Shown in pieces: positions 26,698-36,415 of a DNA stretch of 64,000 nucleotides. Source of the stretch: an uncultured Spirochaetales bacterium. GTDB lineage: Bacteria; Spirochaetota; Spirochaetia; JABEVK01. Each line of letters begins with the position of its first letter. Positions within the stretch are counted from its first letter, which is position 1. Made by a program: the position numbers and the translations under genes. The notes beneath the pieces were generated by a model, which was not told where the DNA came from, did not search any database, and saw only the letters and a program-made list of their open reading frames with translations. The stretch spans positions 19,780 through 83,779 of the forward strand of contig CAYYUZ010000001.1 of NCBI GenBank assembly GCA_964475005.1, given 5' to 3'.

Positions 26698-27663
26698 ATG
26701 TCGGTCTCTCCGCGATTCAAAGTGCATCCTTTCTTTTGGGGTCCCCCCGTGGCCCTGCTCCTCGACCAAGTTCTGCATTTCTTTCCCGAAGACAACCTGC
26801 AACCGGCTCCGGAAACCGGAGTCTACTCGTTTTTGCTTTGGGTTCTTTTCGGGGCTTACGCGCTCTTTTTGACCGCGTCGGTCTTTCACCAGAGGATCAG
26901 AACGAAACTCCACCACTACACGCCCTTGCTGACGGCCTTTTTTTTGTTTTTTGGTCTCTGGGACACCGTGACGCTCAAGTACGCTCTGATCCCACTACCC
27001 TATTTTCCTGGCCCGGACCGGGTCTTGAGCGTGTTCGTCAACGATGGTGACATCTTTGGTCTTGGCATCTACCACTCTCTGGTTTTGCTGTTCACCGGCT
27101 ACGCGGTCGGCGGCGTTCTTGGCCTGATCACAGGGATTTCGATTGGTTGGAGCCGCCGCCTCTCGTACTGGATCAATCCCGTGTTCAAGTTTGTCGGTCC
27201 TATCCCGGCCACGGCTTGGATTCCAATCGCGATGATCACGTTTCCAACAAGCTTTTCGGCCGGAGTCTTTCTGATCGCCCTGTCGGTCTGGTTTCCCGTA
27301 ACCTTCATGACGAGTTCGGGCATCGCCGGCGTGAAAAACTCCTATTTTGAGGTGGCACGAACCCTCGGCGCCGACAACCGGTTCCTGATCTTCAAAGTCG
27401 CCGTTCCGGCGGCCTTTCCCCTGATCTTCATCGGGTTGTTTATGGGTTTGGGGCTGTCGTTCCTGACGCTCATTGCAGCCGAAACCTTGGGTGTTAAGGG
27501 TGGGCTTGGGTACCTGATTCTCTGGGCGCAAGGCTGGGGTGAGTACTACAAAGTCTACGCCGTGTTGATCACCATCGCTGTGCTGTTCTCGTCGCTCATT
27601 CTGATCTTGTTCAAAATCAAGGACCGTATCCTTATCTGGCAGAAAGGACTCATCAAATGGTAA
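26698..27663 (+). CDS. ABC transporter permease (NitT/TauT family)
   Basis: BPD_transp_1 permease core with extra N-terminal TM segment(s). Confidence 0.75.
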   Translation: MSVSPRFKVHPFFWGPPVALLLDQVLHFFPEDNLQPAPETGVYSFLLWVLFGAYALFLTASVFHQRIRTKLHHYTPLLTAFFLFFGLWDTVTLKYALIPLPYFPGPDRVLSVFVNDGDIFGLGIYHSLVLLFTGYAVGGVLGLITGISIGWSRRLSYWINPVFKFVGPIPATAWIPIAMITFPTSFSAGVFLIALSVWFPVTFMTSSGIAGVKNSYFEVARTLGADNRFLIFKVAVPAAFPLIFIGLFMGLGLSFLTLIAAETLGVKGGLGYLILWAQGWGEYYKVYAVLITIAVLFSSLILILFKIKDRILIWQKGLIKW

Positions 27664-28454
27664 TCCCAGCCGCCGCCTCGGGCCGGATCGAGGTCAAGGC
27701 TGTCAGCCGAACGTTCATCAACCATGAAGGCGACCGAATCCACGCCCTCGACAAGGTCGACCTGACGGTAGAGAGCGGAGAATTTCTTTCCCTTTTGGGA
27801 CCTTCCGGCTGCGGCAAATCGACCCTGCTGAGGCTTGTCGCCGGCCTGGATACCGCCTACGAAGGCTCGATCGCTGTCGACGGTGTTCCCGTTACCAAGC
27901 CTGGAGCGGAACGCGGTCTGGTGTTTCAAGACCCGAACCTGTTCCCTTGGCTCAGCGTCCGCAGGAACATTCAGCTGGGACTCGAGGCGCGTCAGGTTCT
28001 CAAGGAGAAGAAGGACGAGGTCGACGACTACATTCAACTCGTGGGGCTGAAGGGGTTTGAGAAGACCTTTCCCCACCAGCTCTCCGGCGGAATGGCCCAG
28101 CGGGCGGCCATCGCCAGGGCTCTGATCAACCACCCCAAAGTGCTTCTGCTCGACGAACCGTTGGGTGCCCTCGACGCCTTCACCCGCATGGCCATGCAAG
28201 ACGAGATTCTCCGAATTTGGACGGAGCGTCGCACCACAGCAGTTCTGGTGACCCACGACATCGACGAGGCCATTTACATGAGCGACCGCATCGTTATTCT
28301 TTCGCCTCGGCCTGGCCGGATTCAGAAGGTACTCACCATCGATCTGCCCCGGCCCCGCCGCCGCAACGATCCCGAGTTCCTGAAGATCCGTTCCGGCATT
28401 CTGGAGACCCTGCATTTTGCCGAAGAGGAGCCCATCCTTGCCTACAACCTTTGA
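27657..28454 (+). CDS. ABC transporter ATP-binding protein (NitT/TauT family)
   Basis: Walker A GPSGCGKST, signature LSGGMAQR, Walker B LLLDEP. Confidence 0.85.
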   Translation: MVIPAAASGRIEVKAVSRTFINHEGDRIHALDKVDLTVESGEFLSLLGPSGCGKSTLLRLVAGLDTAYEGSIAVDGVPVTKPGAERGLVFQDPNLFPWLSVRRNIQLGLEARQVLKEKKDEVDDYIQLVGLKGFEKTFPHQLSGGMAQRAAIARALINHPKVLLLDEPLGALDAFTRMAMQDEILRIWTERRTTAVLVTHDIDEAIYMSDRIVILSPRPGRIQKVLTIDLPRPRRRNDPEFLKIRSGILETLHFAEEEPILAYNL

Positions 28455-29823
28455 CACAGCCCAGACGACCGGCATCCGGAACTCCATTTTGGAGGTTGTG
28501 GGACAAACTCCGCTGGTCAGGTTGTCGAGGTTAGGACGCGAGCTCAACGTCGATTTGCTGGTCAAAGTCGAGACTGTCAACCCTGGCGGCAGCATTAAGG
28601 ATCGTGTCGCTATTGCCATGGTCGACGCCGCCGAACGCGAAGGACGGCTGAAACCCGGTGGCACCCTCATCGAGGCGACCGCAGGAAATACCGGCGTGGG
28701 ATTGGCGCAACTGGCGGCCGTGCGCGGCTACCGGTGCATTTTTGTTCTGCCGGACAAGATGAGCGAAGACAAGGTCAGCCTGTTGCGCGCCTACGGGGCC
28801 GAGGTGGTCATCACGCCGACCAACGTGGCCCCCGATTCCCCCGAAAGCTACAACGGGGTTGCCGACCGCCTTGCCCGCGAAATTCCGGGTGCTTGGCGGC
28901 CCAACCAGTTTGCCAACGACGACAACCCGAAAGCTCATTACGATTCCACGGGTCCCGAAATCTGGCAGGCCACTGGCGGGCGCATCGACATTCTCGTCGC
29001 AGGCATGGGCACAGGCGGCACCATCTCGGGAACCGGCCGTTTCCTCAAGGAAAAGAACCCCAGCGTGGTCGTTGTCGGTGCCGACATCGAGGGGTCCATC
29101 CTTTCGGGCGACAGTCCCAAGCCGTGGAAGGTCGAAGGCATCGGTGAGGATTTCATCCCCAAGACCTTCGACCGCCAGGTCATCGATGAATTCGTGCGCG
29201 TCAGCGACAAGGAGTCGTTTCTCACCGCCAGGCGACTTGCGCGGGAAGAGGGCATCTTGGCCGGGGGGTCGTCGGGCACAGCGCTGGCGGGAGCCCTCAA
29301 ATACGCCACGCGTCTTCAGGAGCGAAAGACCGTGGTGGTCGTCCTGCCCGACACGGGAAGGAACTATCTGACCAAGCTCTACAGCGACAGGTGGATGCAG
29401 GAGAACCAGTTCCTCGAGTCCGAAAGCACGCGCATCACCCTCCGCAACGCGCTCGAACGGCGGATTTCGTTCCCTCCTCTGATCACCGTCAGCCCTTCCA
29501 CGACCCTTTCCGAAGCGCTCGAAATCATGCAGAAGTACGGCATCAGCCAACTGCCCGTGCTCGACGGCGGCAGGGCGGTCGGAAGCCTGCAAGAGTCCTC
29601 TTTCCTCAAGCTGGTTTGGGATGGCTTAGATTTCCGCAACCAGCAGGTCAACGCCGTCATGGGACAACCGCTTCCCACCCTTGATTGGGGCACCGAGGTC
29701 ACCGAAGCCTACCGTCTGCTCCTTTCGGGGACAAACGCCCTTTTGGTCACACAGGATGGCGTCCCGACTTCGGTCCTCACGAGGATCGATCTGATCGACT
29801 TTCTTTCCAGGAGAACCTCATGA
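28417..29823 (+). CDS. cystathionine beta-synthase (CysK-fold PLP domain + C-terminal CBS-domain pair)
   Basis: N-terminal Trp-synth-beta/CysK fold with PLP-lysine context (GSIKDR) and TAGNTG loop. About 130-aa C-terminal tandem CBS domains. Start overlaps the upstream ATPase by 38 nt, so start is approximate. Confidence 0.75.
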   Translation: MPKRSPSLPTTFDTAQTTGIRNSILEVVGQTPLVRLSRLGRELNVDLLVKVETVNPGGSIKDRVAIAMVDAAEREGRLKPGGTLIEATAGNTGVGLAQLAAVRGYRCIFVLPDKMSEDKVSLLRAYGAEVVITPTNVAPDSPESYNGVADRLAREIPGAWRPNQFANDDNPKAHYDSTGPEIWQATGGRIDILVAGMGTGGTISGTGRFLKEKNPSVVVVGADIEGSILSGDSPKPWKVEGIGEDFIPKTFDRQVIDEFVRVSDKESFLTARRLAREEGILAGGSSGTALAGALKYATRLQERKTVVVVLPDTGRNYLTKLYSDRWMQENQFLESESTRITLRNALERRISFPPLITVSPSTTLSEALEIMQKYGISQLPVLDGGRAVGSLQESSFLKLVWDGLDFRNQQVNAVMGQPLPTLDWGTEVTEAYRLLLSGTNALLVTQDGVPTSVLTRIDLIDFLSRRTS

Positions 29824-30956
29824 CCCTCGACACAAAACTCATTCACGCCGGACAGGAACCCGACCCGGTGACCGGCGCGGTGAACGTGCCCATCAACGTC
29901 AGTTCGACCTTTAAACAGGACGGCATCGGTCAGATGCGTTCAGGTTACGAATATGCCCGTTCGGGCAATCCCACGCGGAACTCGCTCGAAGCGACCCTCG
30001 CCGCCATCGAAAACGGTGGCTTCGCCAAGGCTTTCGCTTCGGGTCTGGCCGCCGAGAACACGTTACTTTCTCTGCTTCACTCCGGCGACGAAGTAGTCGG
30101 CACCAGTGACATCTATGGCGGAACCTACCGCCTGCTGACCAAAGTGTTTCCGCGCTTCGGGGTGACCTTTCGTGCCGTGAACGGACACAACCCGGCTGAT
30201 TTCAAGAAGCAGCTGAGTTCCCGGACACGGCTGATCTGGGTGGAGACTCCCACCAACCCCCTGCTGAATCTGGTCGACATTGCTTCCATCGCCGAGCTGA
30301 AGCCCAAAAACGTTCTGCTGGCCGTTGATAACACCTTCGCTAGCCCCTATTTTCAGACACCGCTAGACCTCGGCGCCGACGTGGTGGTCCACAGCGCCAC
30401 CAAGTACCTCAGCGGTCACAGCGATGTGATCGGCGGAGCCCTGGTCTATAAAGATAAGGCCTTGGACGAGGAGATTCGTTACCTCCACAATGCACAGGGG
30501 GGAATCCTTTCTCCTTTCGATAGTTACCTGATTCAGCGTGGCATCAAGACCCTCGGTGTTCGCATGAAACGGCACGAACAGACCGCGTGGAAGGTCGCCG
30601 AATTTCTTCGTGGTCATTCCAAGGCCGAGAAAGTATTCTTTGCGGGCTTTGAAGATCATCCCGGAGCGGCGGTGGCAAAGAAGCAGATGCGGGGCCAGCC
30701 GGGACTCGTCAGTTTTGTTTTGAAGGGCACCAAGAGCGATGTGAATCGCTTCTTTCAGAGCCTGAAGCTCTTCACCTTCGCCGAAAGCTTGGGCGGGGTC
30801 GAGTCGCTCACCTGCTACCCCTATGAAATGACCCACGGCAGCATTCCCGCCGAGGTCAAGGACAAGATCGGCATCACCGACAGGCTTATCCGTCTGTCGG
30901 TGGGGTTGGAAGACGCCAATGAATTGATCGAGGACTTGAAGTCGGCGCTGAAGTGA
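29820..30956 (+). CDS. cystathionine gamma-lyase / gamma-synthase family PLP enzyme (MetB/MetC/CGL)
   Basis: 378 aa; SATKYLSGHSD PLP-lysine motif. ATGA overlap with CBS stop. The listed longer ORF start (29685) is inside the CBS gene. Confidence 0.8.
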   Translation: MTLDTKLIHAGQEPDPVTGAVNVPINVSSTFKQDGIGQMRSGYEYARSGNPTRNSLEATLAAIENGGFAKAFASGLAAENTLLSLLHSGDEVVGTSDIYGGTYRLLTKVFPRFGVTFRAVNGHNPADFKKQLSSRTRLIWVETPTNPLLNLVDIASIAELKPKNVLLAVDNTFASPYFQTPLDLGADVVVHSATKYLSGHSDVIGGALVYKDKALDEEIRYLHNAQGGILSPFDSYLIQRGIKTLGVRMKRHEQTAWKVAEFLRGHSKAEKVFFAGFEDHPGAAVAKKQMRGQPGLVSFVLKGTKSDVNRFFQSLKLFTFAESLGGVESLTCYPYEMTHGSIPAEVKDKIGITDRLIRLSVGLEDANELIEDLKSALK

Positions 30957-30963
30957 ACAGGTG

Positions 30964-31120
30964 GGACGAGAGACCGGATAACCGGAGGGAAACCCAGATG
31001 AACCGGATCAGAGAGGGAAAAGGCAGTGACCATCGGGATTGTTCTGTCTTTCTCTCAACCGAATTCTCTGGCGCCCCAACATCCGGTTGATCCGGCCTTC
31101 ACGGTTATCCGGTCTCCTTT
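30964..31120. repeat. MITE-like inverted-repeat element, copy B (about 157 bp)
   Basis: GAGAGACCGGATAACCGGA at 30968-30986 and CGGTTATCCGGTCTC at 31102-31116. Internal GAACCGGATCAGAGAGG and ATCCGGTTGATCCGGCC shared with copy A; central about 70 bp diverged. Fills the convergent gap between the CGL and lipoprotein stops. Confidence 0.7.
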
Positions 31121-31128
31121 TCCTCGTC

Positions 31129-31386
31129 CTAGATCTTGGTCTTGTCGGTGGCTTTGGTGTTCGCCAGGGGGAGTTTGCAGCAGTCGGGCGTACTCACGCC
31201 GTCGGTTCCCACAGCTTTGAAATCCGCGAATCCCGAGGTTGGGTCGGGCGCGAGAAGGTTCGCGTTGTCATCGTCGGCGCTCGCCTCGGTGGCGGGAGCT
31301 TTCGCCACGGCTTTCTTGTCGGGACCGCAAGCGACGAGGGCGATGGTCGCGGCCAAAAGGACGATGGGGAGGAGGAAGTGGTTCAT
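31129..31386 (-). CDS. small lipoprotein (85 aa), hypothetical
   Basis: Lipoprotein signal peptide MNHFLLPIVLLAATIALVAC with lipobox LVAC. AAGGAG RBS 6 nt before ATG 31386; Lys/Asp-rich mature part. Confidence 0.6.
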   Translation of the reverse strand: MNHFLLPIVLLAATIALVACGPDKKAVAKAPATEASADDDNANLLAPDPTSGFADFKAVGTDGVSTPDCCKLPLANTKATDKTKI

Positions 31387-31473
31387 GAAACTCTCCTTGA
31401 GGATTCTATTATGAGTAATGCTATCAACTAAATAGTATATGAAATCAGCAGAGTTAATCAAGAAGGAGATTCC

Positions 31474-32940
31474 ATGAAAATTGCAGAAAATGTGTTGGCT
31501 TTGATCGGCCGGACACCGTTGGTTCGCTTGCACAAGTTGATTCCTCCCGGCGGAGCCGATCTGTTAGTGAAGCTGGAGTCGATGAACCCCTATTCGAGCG
31601 TCAAGGATAGGCTGGGCGTTGCCCTGATCGAGGCAGCCGAGCGCGACGGAACTCTGACGCCGGGGGCCACGTTGATCGAGCCGACCAGCGGGAACACCGG
31701 CATCGCGCTTGCCTTTGCCGCGATAGTCAAAGGCTACAAACTCATCCTGGTTATGCCCGAGACCGTCAGCTCCGAGCGCCGCAAGATCGTTGAGGCCCTG
31801 GGAGCTGAAGTCGAGTTGGTCGACGCGGCCGACGGCATGGGGGCGTCCGTCCGCCGAGCCGAGGAATTACGGTCCTCGATTCCTGGTGCTGTCATCCTGG
31901 GACAGTTCGACAATCCGGCGAACCCGGCCGTCCACCGGTCCACAACGGCTCAGGAGATCTGGGACGACACCGACGGCACCGTTGACATTTTTGTCGCCGG
32001 GGTCGGAACCGGCGGAACCGTCACCGGCGTGGGACAAAGGCTCAAAGAACTCAAGCCCAGCATCCAGATCATCGCGGTGGAACCGTGGAAATCGTCGGTC
32101 CTTTCCGGCGGCGTGGCGGCTCCCCACAAGATTCAGGGCATCGGGGCGGGGTTTGTTCCCAGGGTGTACGACCCCGCCGTGGTTGACGAGGTCATCACGG
32201 TCAAGGAGGAGGACGCCGGCTACTTCGCTCGAAGGCTGGCTCGGGAAGAAGGCCTTCTGACGGGGGTCTCTTCGGGGGCCGCGCTCTGGGCCGCGTGGCA
32301 GGTCGCCGCGAGAGGCCAAAATGCTGGAAAGCGGATCGTCGTTCTGTTGCCTGACTCGGGAGAGCGCTACCTTTCCACCTGGCTCTACGACTATATCGAC
32401 ATCCGGAAGGTCGGGATCTCGCGGTCTGAAGCCCCTGTCGGTGCTCTCGATCCGGTGGTTCCTCGAACTGATTATGTTCCCACGGCGCCCCTGTTTGACA
32501 GTGATTCGCAGGCGGTCCGTCAGTCGGTTCACTACTTTCAGAACGGCCTCTACTGCAGCGAGGCCATCCTCAAGGCCTTCAACGACCACTACCACCTGGG
32601 CCTCGACGAGAAAGTGCTGAAGATCGCCACGGGTTTCGGTGCCGGTCTTGGCGCCGCCAAGTGCGCTTGCGGATCGGTTACCGGCGCGGCGATGGTGTTG
32701 TCGGCGGTGGCAGGACGAACTCTGTCGAGCGAGTCCGAAGAGGTCGTGTTTCAGACAACGGCGCTCCTTCACGACCGCTTCAAGGCCAAGTATCGGGCCA
32801 TTTGCTGCCGGGTCCTAACGCGAAACGTCGAGTGGGGCTCGGCGGCGCACAAGACCTACTGCGAGCGCTTGGTGTGGGATGCGGCGGCGCTGGCGGACCA
32901 ATTGCTGAAAGAGCATCTGGCAACCCGATTCAATACTTGA
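31474..32940 (+). CDS. cysteine synthase A-type (O-acetylserine sulfhydrylase) fused to C-terminal C_GCAxxG_C_C-family putative redox domain
   Basis: Residues 1-310 are a complete CysK ([33 protein letters not shown]). Residues about 330-488 contain [12 protein letters not shown] ... [18 protein letters not shown] ... CCRVL ... YCER, matching the Cys pattern that names the C_GCAxxG_C_C family. Confidence 0.75.
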   Translation: MKIAENVLALIGRTPLVRLHKLIPPGGADLLVKLESMNPYSSVKDRLGVALIEAAERDGTLTPGATLIEPTSGNTGIALAFAAIVKGYKLILVMPETVSSERRKIVEALGAEVELVDAADGMGASVRRAEELRSSIPGAVILGQFDNPANPAVHRSTTAQEIWDDTDGTVDIFVAGVGTGGTVTGVGQRLKELKPSIQIIAVEPWKSSVLSGGVAAPHKIQGIGAGFVPRVYDPAVVDEVITVKEEDAGYFARRLAREEGLLTGVSSGAALWAAWQVAARGQNAGKRIVVLLPDSGERYLSTWLYDYIDIRKVGISRSEAPVGALDPVVPRTDYVPTAPLFDSDSQAVRQSVHYFQNGLYCSEAILKAFNDHYHLGLDEKVLKIATGFGAGLGAAKCACGSVTGAAMVLSAVAGRTLSSESEEVVFQTTALLHDRFKAKYRAICCRVLTRNVEWGSAAHKTYCERLVWDAAALADQLLKEHLATRFNT

Positions 32941-32997
32941 CTAATACTATCGGATTGGTAATATTAGAAAGAAAATTGATTTTCCAAGGAGTCCGAC

Positions 32998-34011
32998 ATG
33001 CCGCAATCCGCTCTTCCCATCCTCGACCTCAGTCAGTTCGACGCTGGACCTGATGCCCGGCGCCACTTCTTAGACGACCTCGGCACCGCCGCTCGCGACG
33101 TGGGTTTTTTCTACCTCAAGGGGCATGGTATCAGCCAAGACTTGGGTCAGTCGGTGTTCAAGCTTTCGCGAAGTTTTTTTGACCTTCCTGAAGCCGAAAA
33201 GCTCAAGATCGAGATGGTCCATTCGCCGCACTTTCGCGGCTACACCCGCGTCGGCAAAGAACTGACGCGGGGAAAGCCCGACCGCCGCGAGGAACTCGAC
33301 ATAGGCCGCGAGCTTCCCGTCGTGTCGCCGGTGCCACCCGAGCAGCCTTGGCTCTCCCTGCAGGGTCCCAACCAGTGGCCGCAGGCTCTTCCCGAATTGA
33401 AACCGGCGCTCCTAGAGTGGCAGGATCTGCTGACTGAGATTCTGCTCAAGCTGCTGAAGGCCTTTGCACTGATTCTCGAACAGCCCGAAGGTGCCTTCGA
33501 CGGCCTGGTGGGGCAGACGGCGACCCGCGGATTGAAGATCATCCGCTACCCGGGTGTAGAAGTCGTGGGTGACGACCAAGGCGTGGGGTCTCACAAGGAC
33601 TCCGGCATTCTGACGGCGGTTTACCAGGATGGCGTGGCAGGGTTGCAAGTCGGAACCGACACCGGCTGGGTCACGGCGGAACCCATTCCCGGAACCTTTG
33701 TCATCAATATAGGCGAGTTGCTTGAACTGGCCACCGACGGCTATCTGCGGGCCACGGTTCACCGGGTAGTTTCACCCCCTGCCGGAAAGGAACGGCTTTC
33801 GGTCGCCTACTTTCTCGGTGCCAGACTCGACGCCAAAGTGGAAGTCCTCCCTCTACCGGCACGGCTAAAAGCCTTGGCGCGGGGAGTGGCCGCTGACCCT
33901 CTCAATCCGCTCTTTCACGATGTGGGTCCTAACTACCTCAAGAGCCGATTGCGGTCGCATGTGGACGTCGCCCAGAGGCACTACGCCGACTTGCTGTCTA
34001 CTCAAGTCTAG
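32998..34011 (+). CDS. 2-oxoglutarate/Fe(II)-dependent dioxygenase (isopenicillin-N-synthase/EFE-like family)
   Basis: N-terminal DIOX_N-like region (PILDLSQF) and 2OG-FeII_Oxy core with HxD...H (GSHKDSG ... TVHRVV) and RxS (ERLSVAYF). Confidence 0.75.
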   Translation: MPQSALPILDLSQFDAGPDARRHFLDDLGTAARDVGFFYLKGHGISQDLGQSVFKLSRSFFDLPEAEKLKIEMVHSPHFRGYTRVGKELTRGKPDRREELDIGRELPVVSPVPPEQPWLSLQGPNQWPQALPELKPALLEWQDLLTEILLKLLKAFALILEQPEGAFDGLVGQTATRGLKIIRYPGVEVVGDDQGVGSHKDSGILTAVYQDGVAGLQVGTDTGWVTAEPIPGTFVINIGELLELATDGYLRATVHRVVSPPAGKERLSVAYFLGARLDAKVEVLPLPARLKALARGVAADPLNPLFHDVGPNYLKSRLRSHVDVAQRHYADLLSTQV

Positions 34012-34030
34012 TTTGTCGAAGCGGGGTTCC

Positions 34031-34531
34031 GTGAAAAAGGAAGTGATAGATCTCGACGTGCTGGCCCGAGCCACAGAAAGGTTCCGTGCCGACCCTCAAA
34101 ACAAACCTCGCTTTGACGCGAGGGTCGAATGGCAGGGGGGCTATCGCACCACCAGTCGACTCGGGGCCTTTGCCGGCCCCAACGGCGACGAACCAGTGGA
34201 CTACGCTGGAAGCGGAACTGGTCCGGCGCCCGAGGAGCTTCTGCTTGCGGCAGCGGCCCAATGCCTTTTGGTGGGGATCGCCGGCGCCACCGCGGTGCGG
34301 CGGATTGCGGTCAAGAACCTTGTGGTGAGGGCTTCGGGGCGTGTGAACTTGCCCGCGGCCTTCGGTGTCACCGAGGGCCATCCTGGTTTTGAAACGGTGG
34401 AACTCACCGTAGAAATCGACGCCGAAGCCGAGCGCGGCCTTCTGGAATCGCTGGTACAAGCCGCCCTCGCTAGGGCTCCAGTTCCCGCTTCGCTGGCTCG
34501 ACCGGTCTCGGTAACCGCGAGGCTGGCGTGA
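34031..34531 (+). CDS. OsmC/Ohr-family (peroxiredoxin-like) protein
   Basis: OsmC-like fold with two conserved Cys contexts (LLAAAAQCLLVGI; second Cys region). GTG start at 34031 just after the dioxygenase stop; start approximate. Confidence 0.6.
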   Translation: MKKEVIDLDVLARATERFRADPQNKPRFDARVEWQGGYRTTSRLGAFAGPNGDEPVDYAGSGTGPAPEELLLAAAAQCLLVGIAGATAVRRIAVKNLVVRASGRVNLPAAFGVTEGHPGFETVELTVEIDAEAERGLLESLVQAALARAPVPASLARPVSVTARLA

Positions 34532-35640
34532 AGACCGAGCGGCTTTCGGTTTTGGTCGTCGGGGCCGGACCTGCCGGTTTAGCCGCGGCCCAACAACTCA
34601 GTAGACGGGGCCTCGACCCGACGGTGGTGGAACGCACCTCGGCGGTGGGCGATGTGTGGGCTGGCCACTACGACAGGCTGCGGATCAACACCCTCGCATC
34701 GGTCAGTTTTCTTCCTGGATTGAGGTTTCCCAAGGGCGCAGGGGACTATCCCTCCCGCGACGAGGTGGTCGCCTACCTCAAGCGCTACGCTGAGACGTTC
34801 GTCTCCGATCTTCGAACCGGCGTTGAGGTTGCGGGATTGGAACCCCTGGCCCAGAGGGGAACCTGGCGCGTGACGGGAACGGGAATCGATGCCGAAGTCG
34901 GCGCGGTCGTGCTGGCACTCGGAATGTGTTCCTCGCCCAAGTGGCCCGATTGGCCAGGTCGGGAAACCTTTCGCGGCGAGTTGTTCCACTCCTCGTCGTA
35001 CCGCGAGGCCTCCGCCTACCGAGGAAGACGGGTTTTGGTCGTCGGTGCCGGAAACTCGGGCTTCGATCTGGTGCTCGACTGCCTCGACGCTGGGGCCGAG
35101 GTGTTTCTGTCGGTTCGGACTCCCGCGCATCTGCTGCCTCGGAGGTTTCTTGGCCTCTCGGTCCAGAGGTTCGGTATCGTCACACGATGGCTGCCTGCCT
35201 GGGTTGGTGACGGTTGGGCCGAGTTGGCCCGGCGGCGGTCGGGGTTGACCGAGTCGGCCCTGGGGTTCCCCCAGCCCCATGACTCGGTTTCGGTTCACTA
35301 CAAGAAGACCGGAATTCCTCCGGTCTCCAACCCCGAGGTTCCCCAGGCGCTCCGGACAGGAAGGATCCGGGTCGTTCCAGCGGTGACAGGCTTCGATGGA
35401 CCGGAGGTCCTGCTGGAGGGGGGACGGAGGCTCGCGGCCGACGTCGTTCTCGCCGCGACTGGCTATCATCGTTCCCTCGAGCAACTTGTCGGTCCCTGGC
35501 AAGGAGCTCCCCGTTTGTACAGGCTGGGTTACAGTGACCCGATCACGGGCAACCTGAGGGAAATCCGATTGGAAGCCCGACGCCTCGCCCTGCAGGTGGC
35601 GAGGGATCTCAAACGGTCAACAGCCCGGCATCGAGGATGA
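34528..35640 (+). CDS. flavin-containing monooxygenase (class B FAD/NAD(P)-binding, FMO-like)
   Basis: GXGXXG FAD site VVGAGPAGLAAA, second dinucleotide site VVGAGNSGFDL, FMO-type linker (FRGELFHSS.Y). GTG start overlaps the OsmC stop by 4 nt. Confidence 0.75.
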   Translation: MKTERLSVLVVGAGPAGLAAAQQLSRRGLDPTVVERTSAVGDVWAGHYDRLRINTLASVSFLPGLRFPKGAGDYPSRDEVVAYLKRYAETFVSDLRTGVEVAGLEPLAQRGTWRVTGTGIDAEVGAVVLALGMCSSPKWPDWPGRETFRGELFHSSSYREASAYRGRRVLVVGAGNSGFDLVLDCLDAGAEVFLSVRTPAHLLPRRFLGLSVQRFGIVTRWLPAWVGDGWAELARRRSGLTESALGFPQPHDSVSVHYKKTGIPPVSNPEVPQALRTGRIRVVPAVTGFDGPEVLLEGGRRLAADVVLAATGYHRSLEQLVGPWQGAPRLYRLGYSDPITGNLREIRLEARRLALQVARDLKRSTARHRG

Positions 35641-36415
35641 ACTCCGATCCCGTCATGAACCGTGCTTTGGAAGAAGCCAGGTAAAGGACTGCCTCGACAA
35701 CGTCCTCGGTCTCGATCCAGGGCACGTCGAGAAGGTTACTTGCCGAACGCGTGGCAATTTCGGTGGGAGTCGTTCCTTCCAGAAAGGCCAGACCGTCGTT
35801 CATGGGAGTGTTGACGCCGGTGGGGTGGAGGCTGACAACCCTCACATTGTAGGGGGCCAGTTCCAGCGCCCAGGCTTTGGTGAGGCCTGTGAGACCCCAC
35901 TTGCTGGCGCAGTAGTGAGACAAGCGGCGAAAACCCCGCAGCCCCGCCACCGAGCTGTTGTTGATGATTACCCCGGATTTTTGAGCGATTAGGTGCGGAA
36001 TGACACGGCGGCCCACCAACCACGGTCCTTTGAGGTTGGTATCGAGCATGGCGTCCCATTGGTCTTCGGTCAGTTCGTGGCTCAGTCCGTACGCGCTGAT
36101 TCCAGCGTTGTTGAACAGCACGTCGATACGGCCCCAAGCCGCGATGGTCGCCTCTACCGCAGCCGTGACGACCCTGTCGTCGCGCACGTCGCCGGCAAAA
36201 ACAAGGGCCTCACCACCCGCCTCCTCGAGCTCAATTTTCAGACGAGCCAGTTTTTCCGCGCTCCCCAATTCGTAGCCGGGGTAGCTGAGTCCTCGTTCGA
36301 GATCGAAGGCTGCCACCCGGGCTCCCTGACGCGCAAAGGCCAGTGCCACGGCTCGGCCTTGTCCGTGGGCCGCGCCCGTTAGAAAAAGCACCGTATTGTG
36401 AAAATCCTCAGCCAT
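35609..36415 (-). CDS. SDR-family oxidoreductase (carveol-dehydrogenase-like subgroup with TGAAxGQGR motif)
   Basis: FLTGAAHGQGRAVAL cofactor-binding motif, NNAG, catalytic S...YxxxK (YCASK). Confidence 0.75.
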   Translation of the reverse strand: MAEDFHNTVLFLTGAAHGQGRAVALAFARQGARVAAFDLERGLSYPGYELGSAEKLARLKIELEEAGGEALVFAGDVRDDRVVTAAVEATIAAWGRIDVLFNNAGISAYGLSHELTEDQWDAMLDTNLKGPWLVGRRVIPHLIAQKSGVIINNSSVAGLRGFRRLSHYCASKWGLTGLTKAWALELAPYNVRVVSLHPTGVNTPMNDGLAFLEGTTPTEIATRSASNLLDVPWIETEDVVEAVLYLASSKARFMTGSEFILDAGLLTV

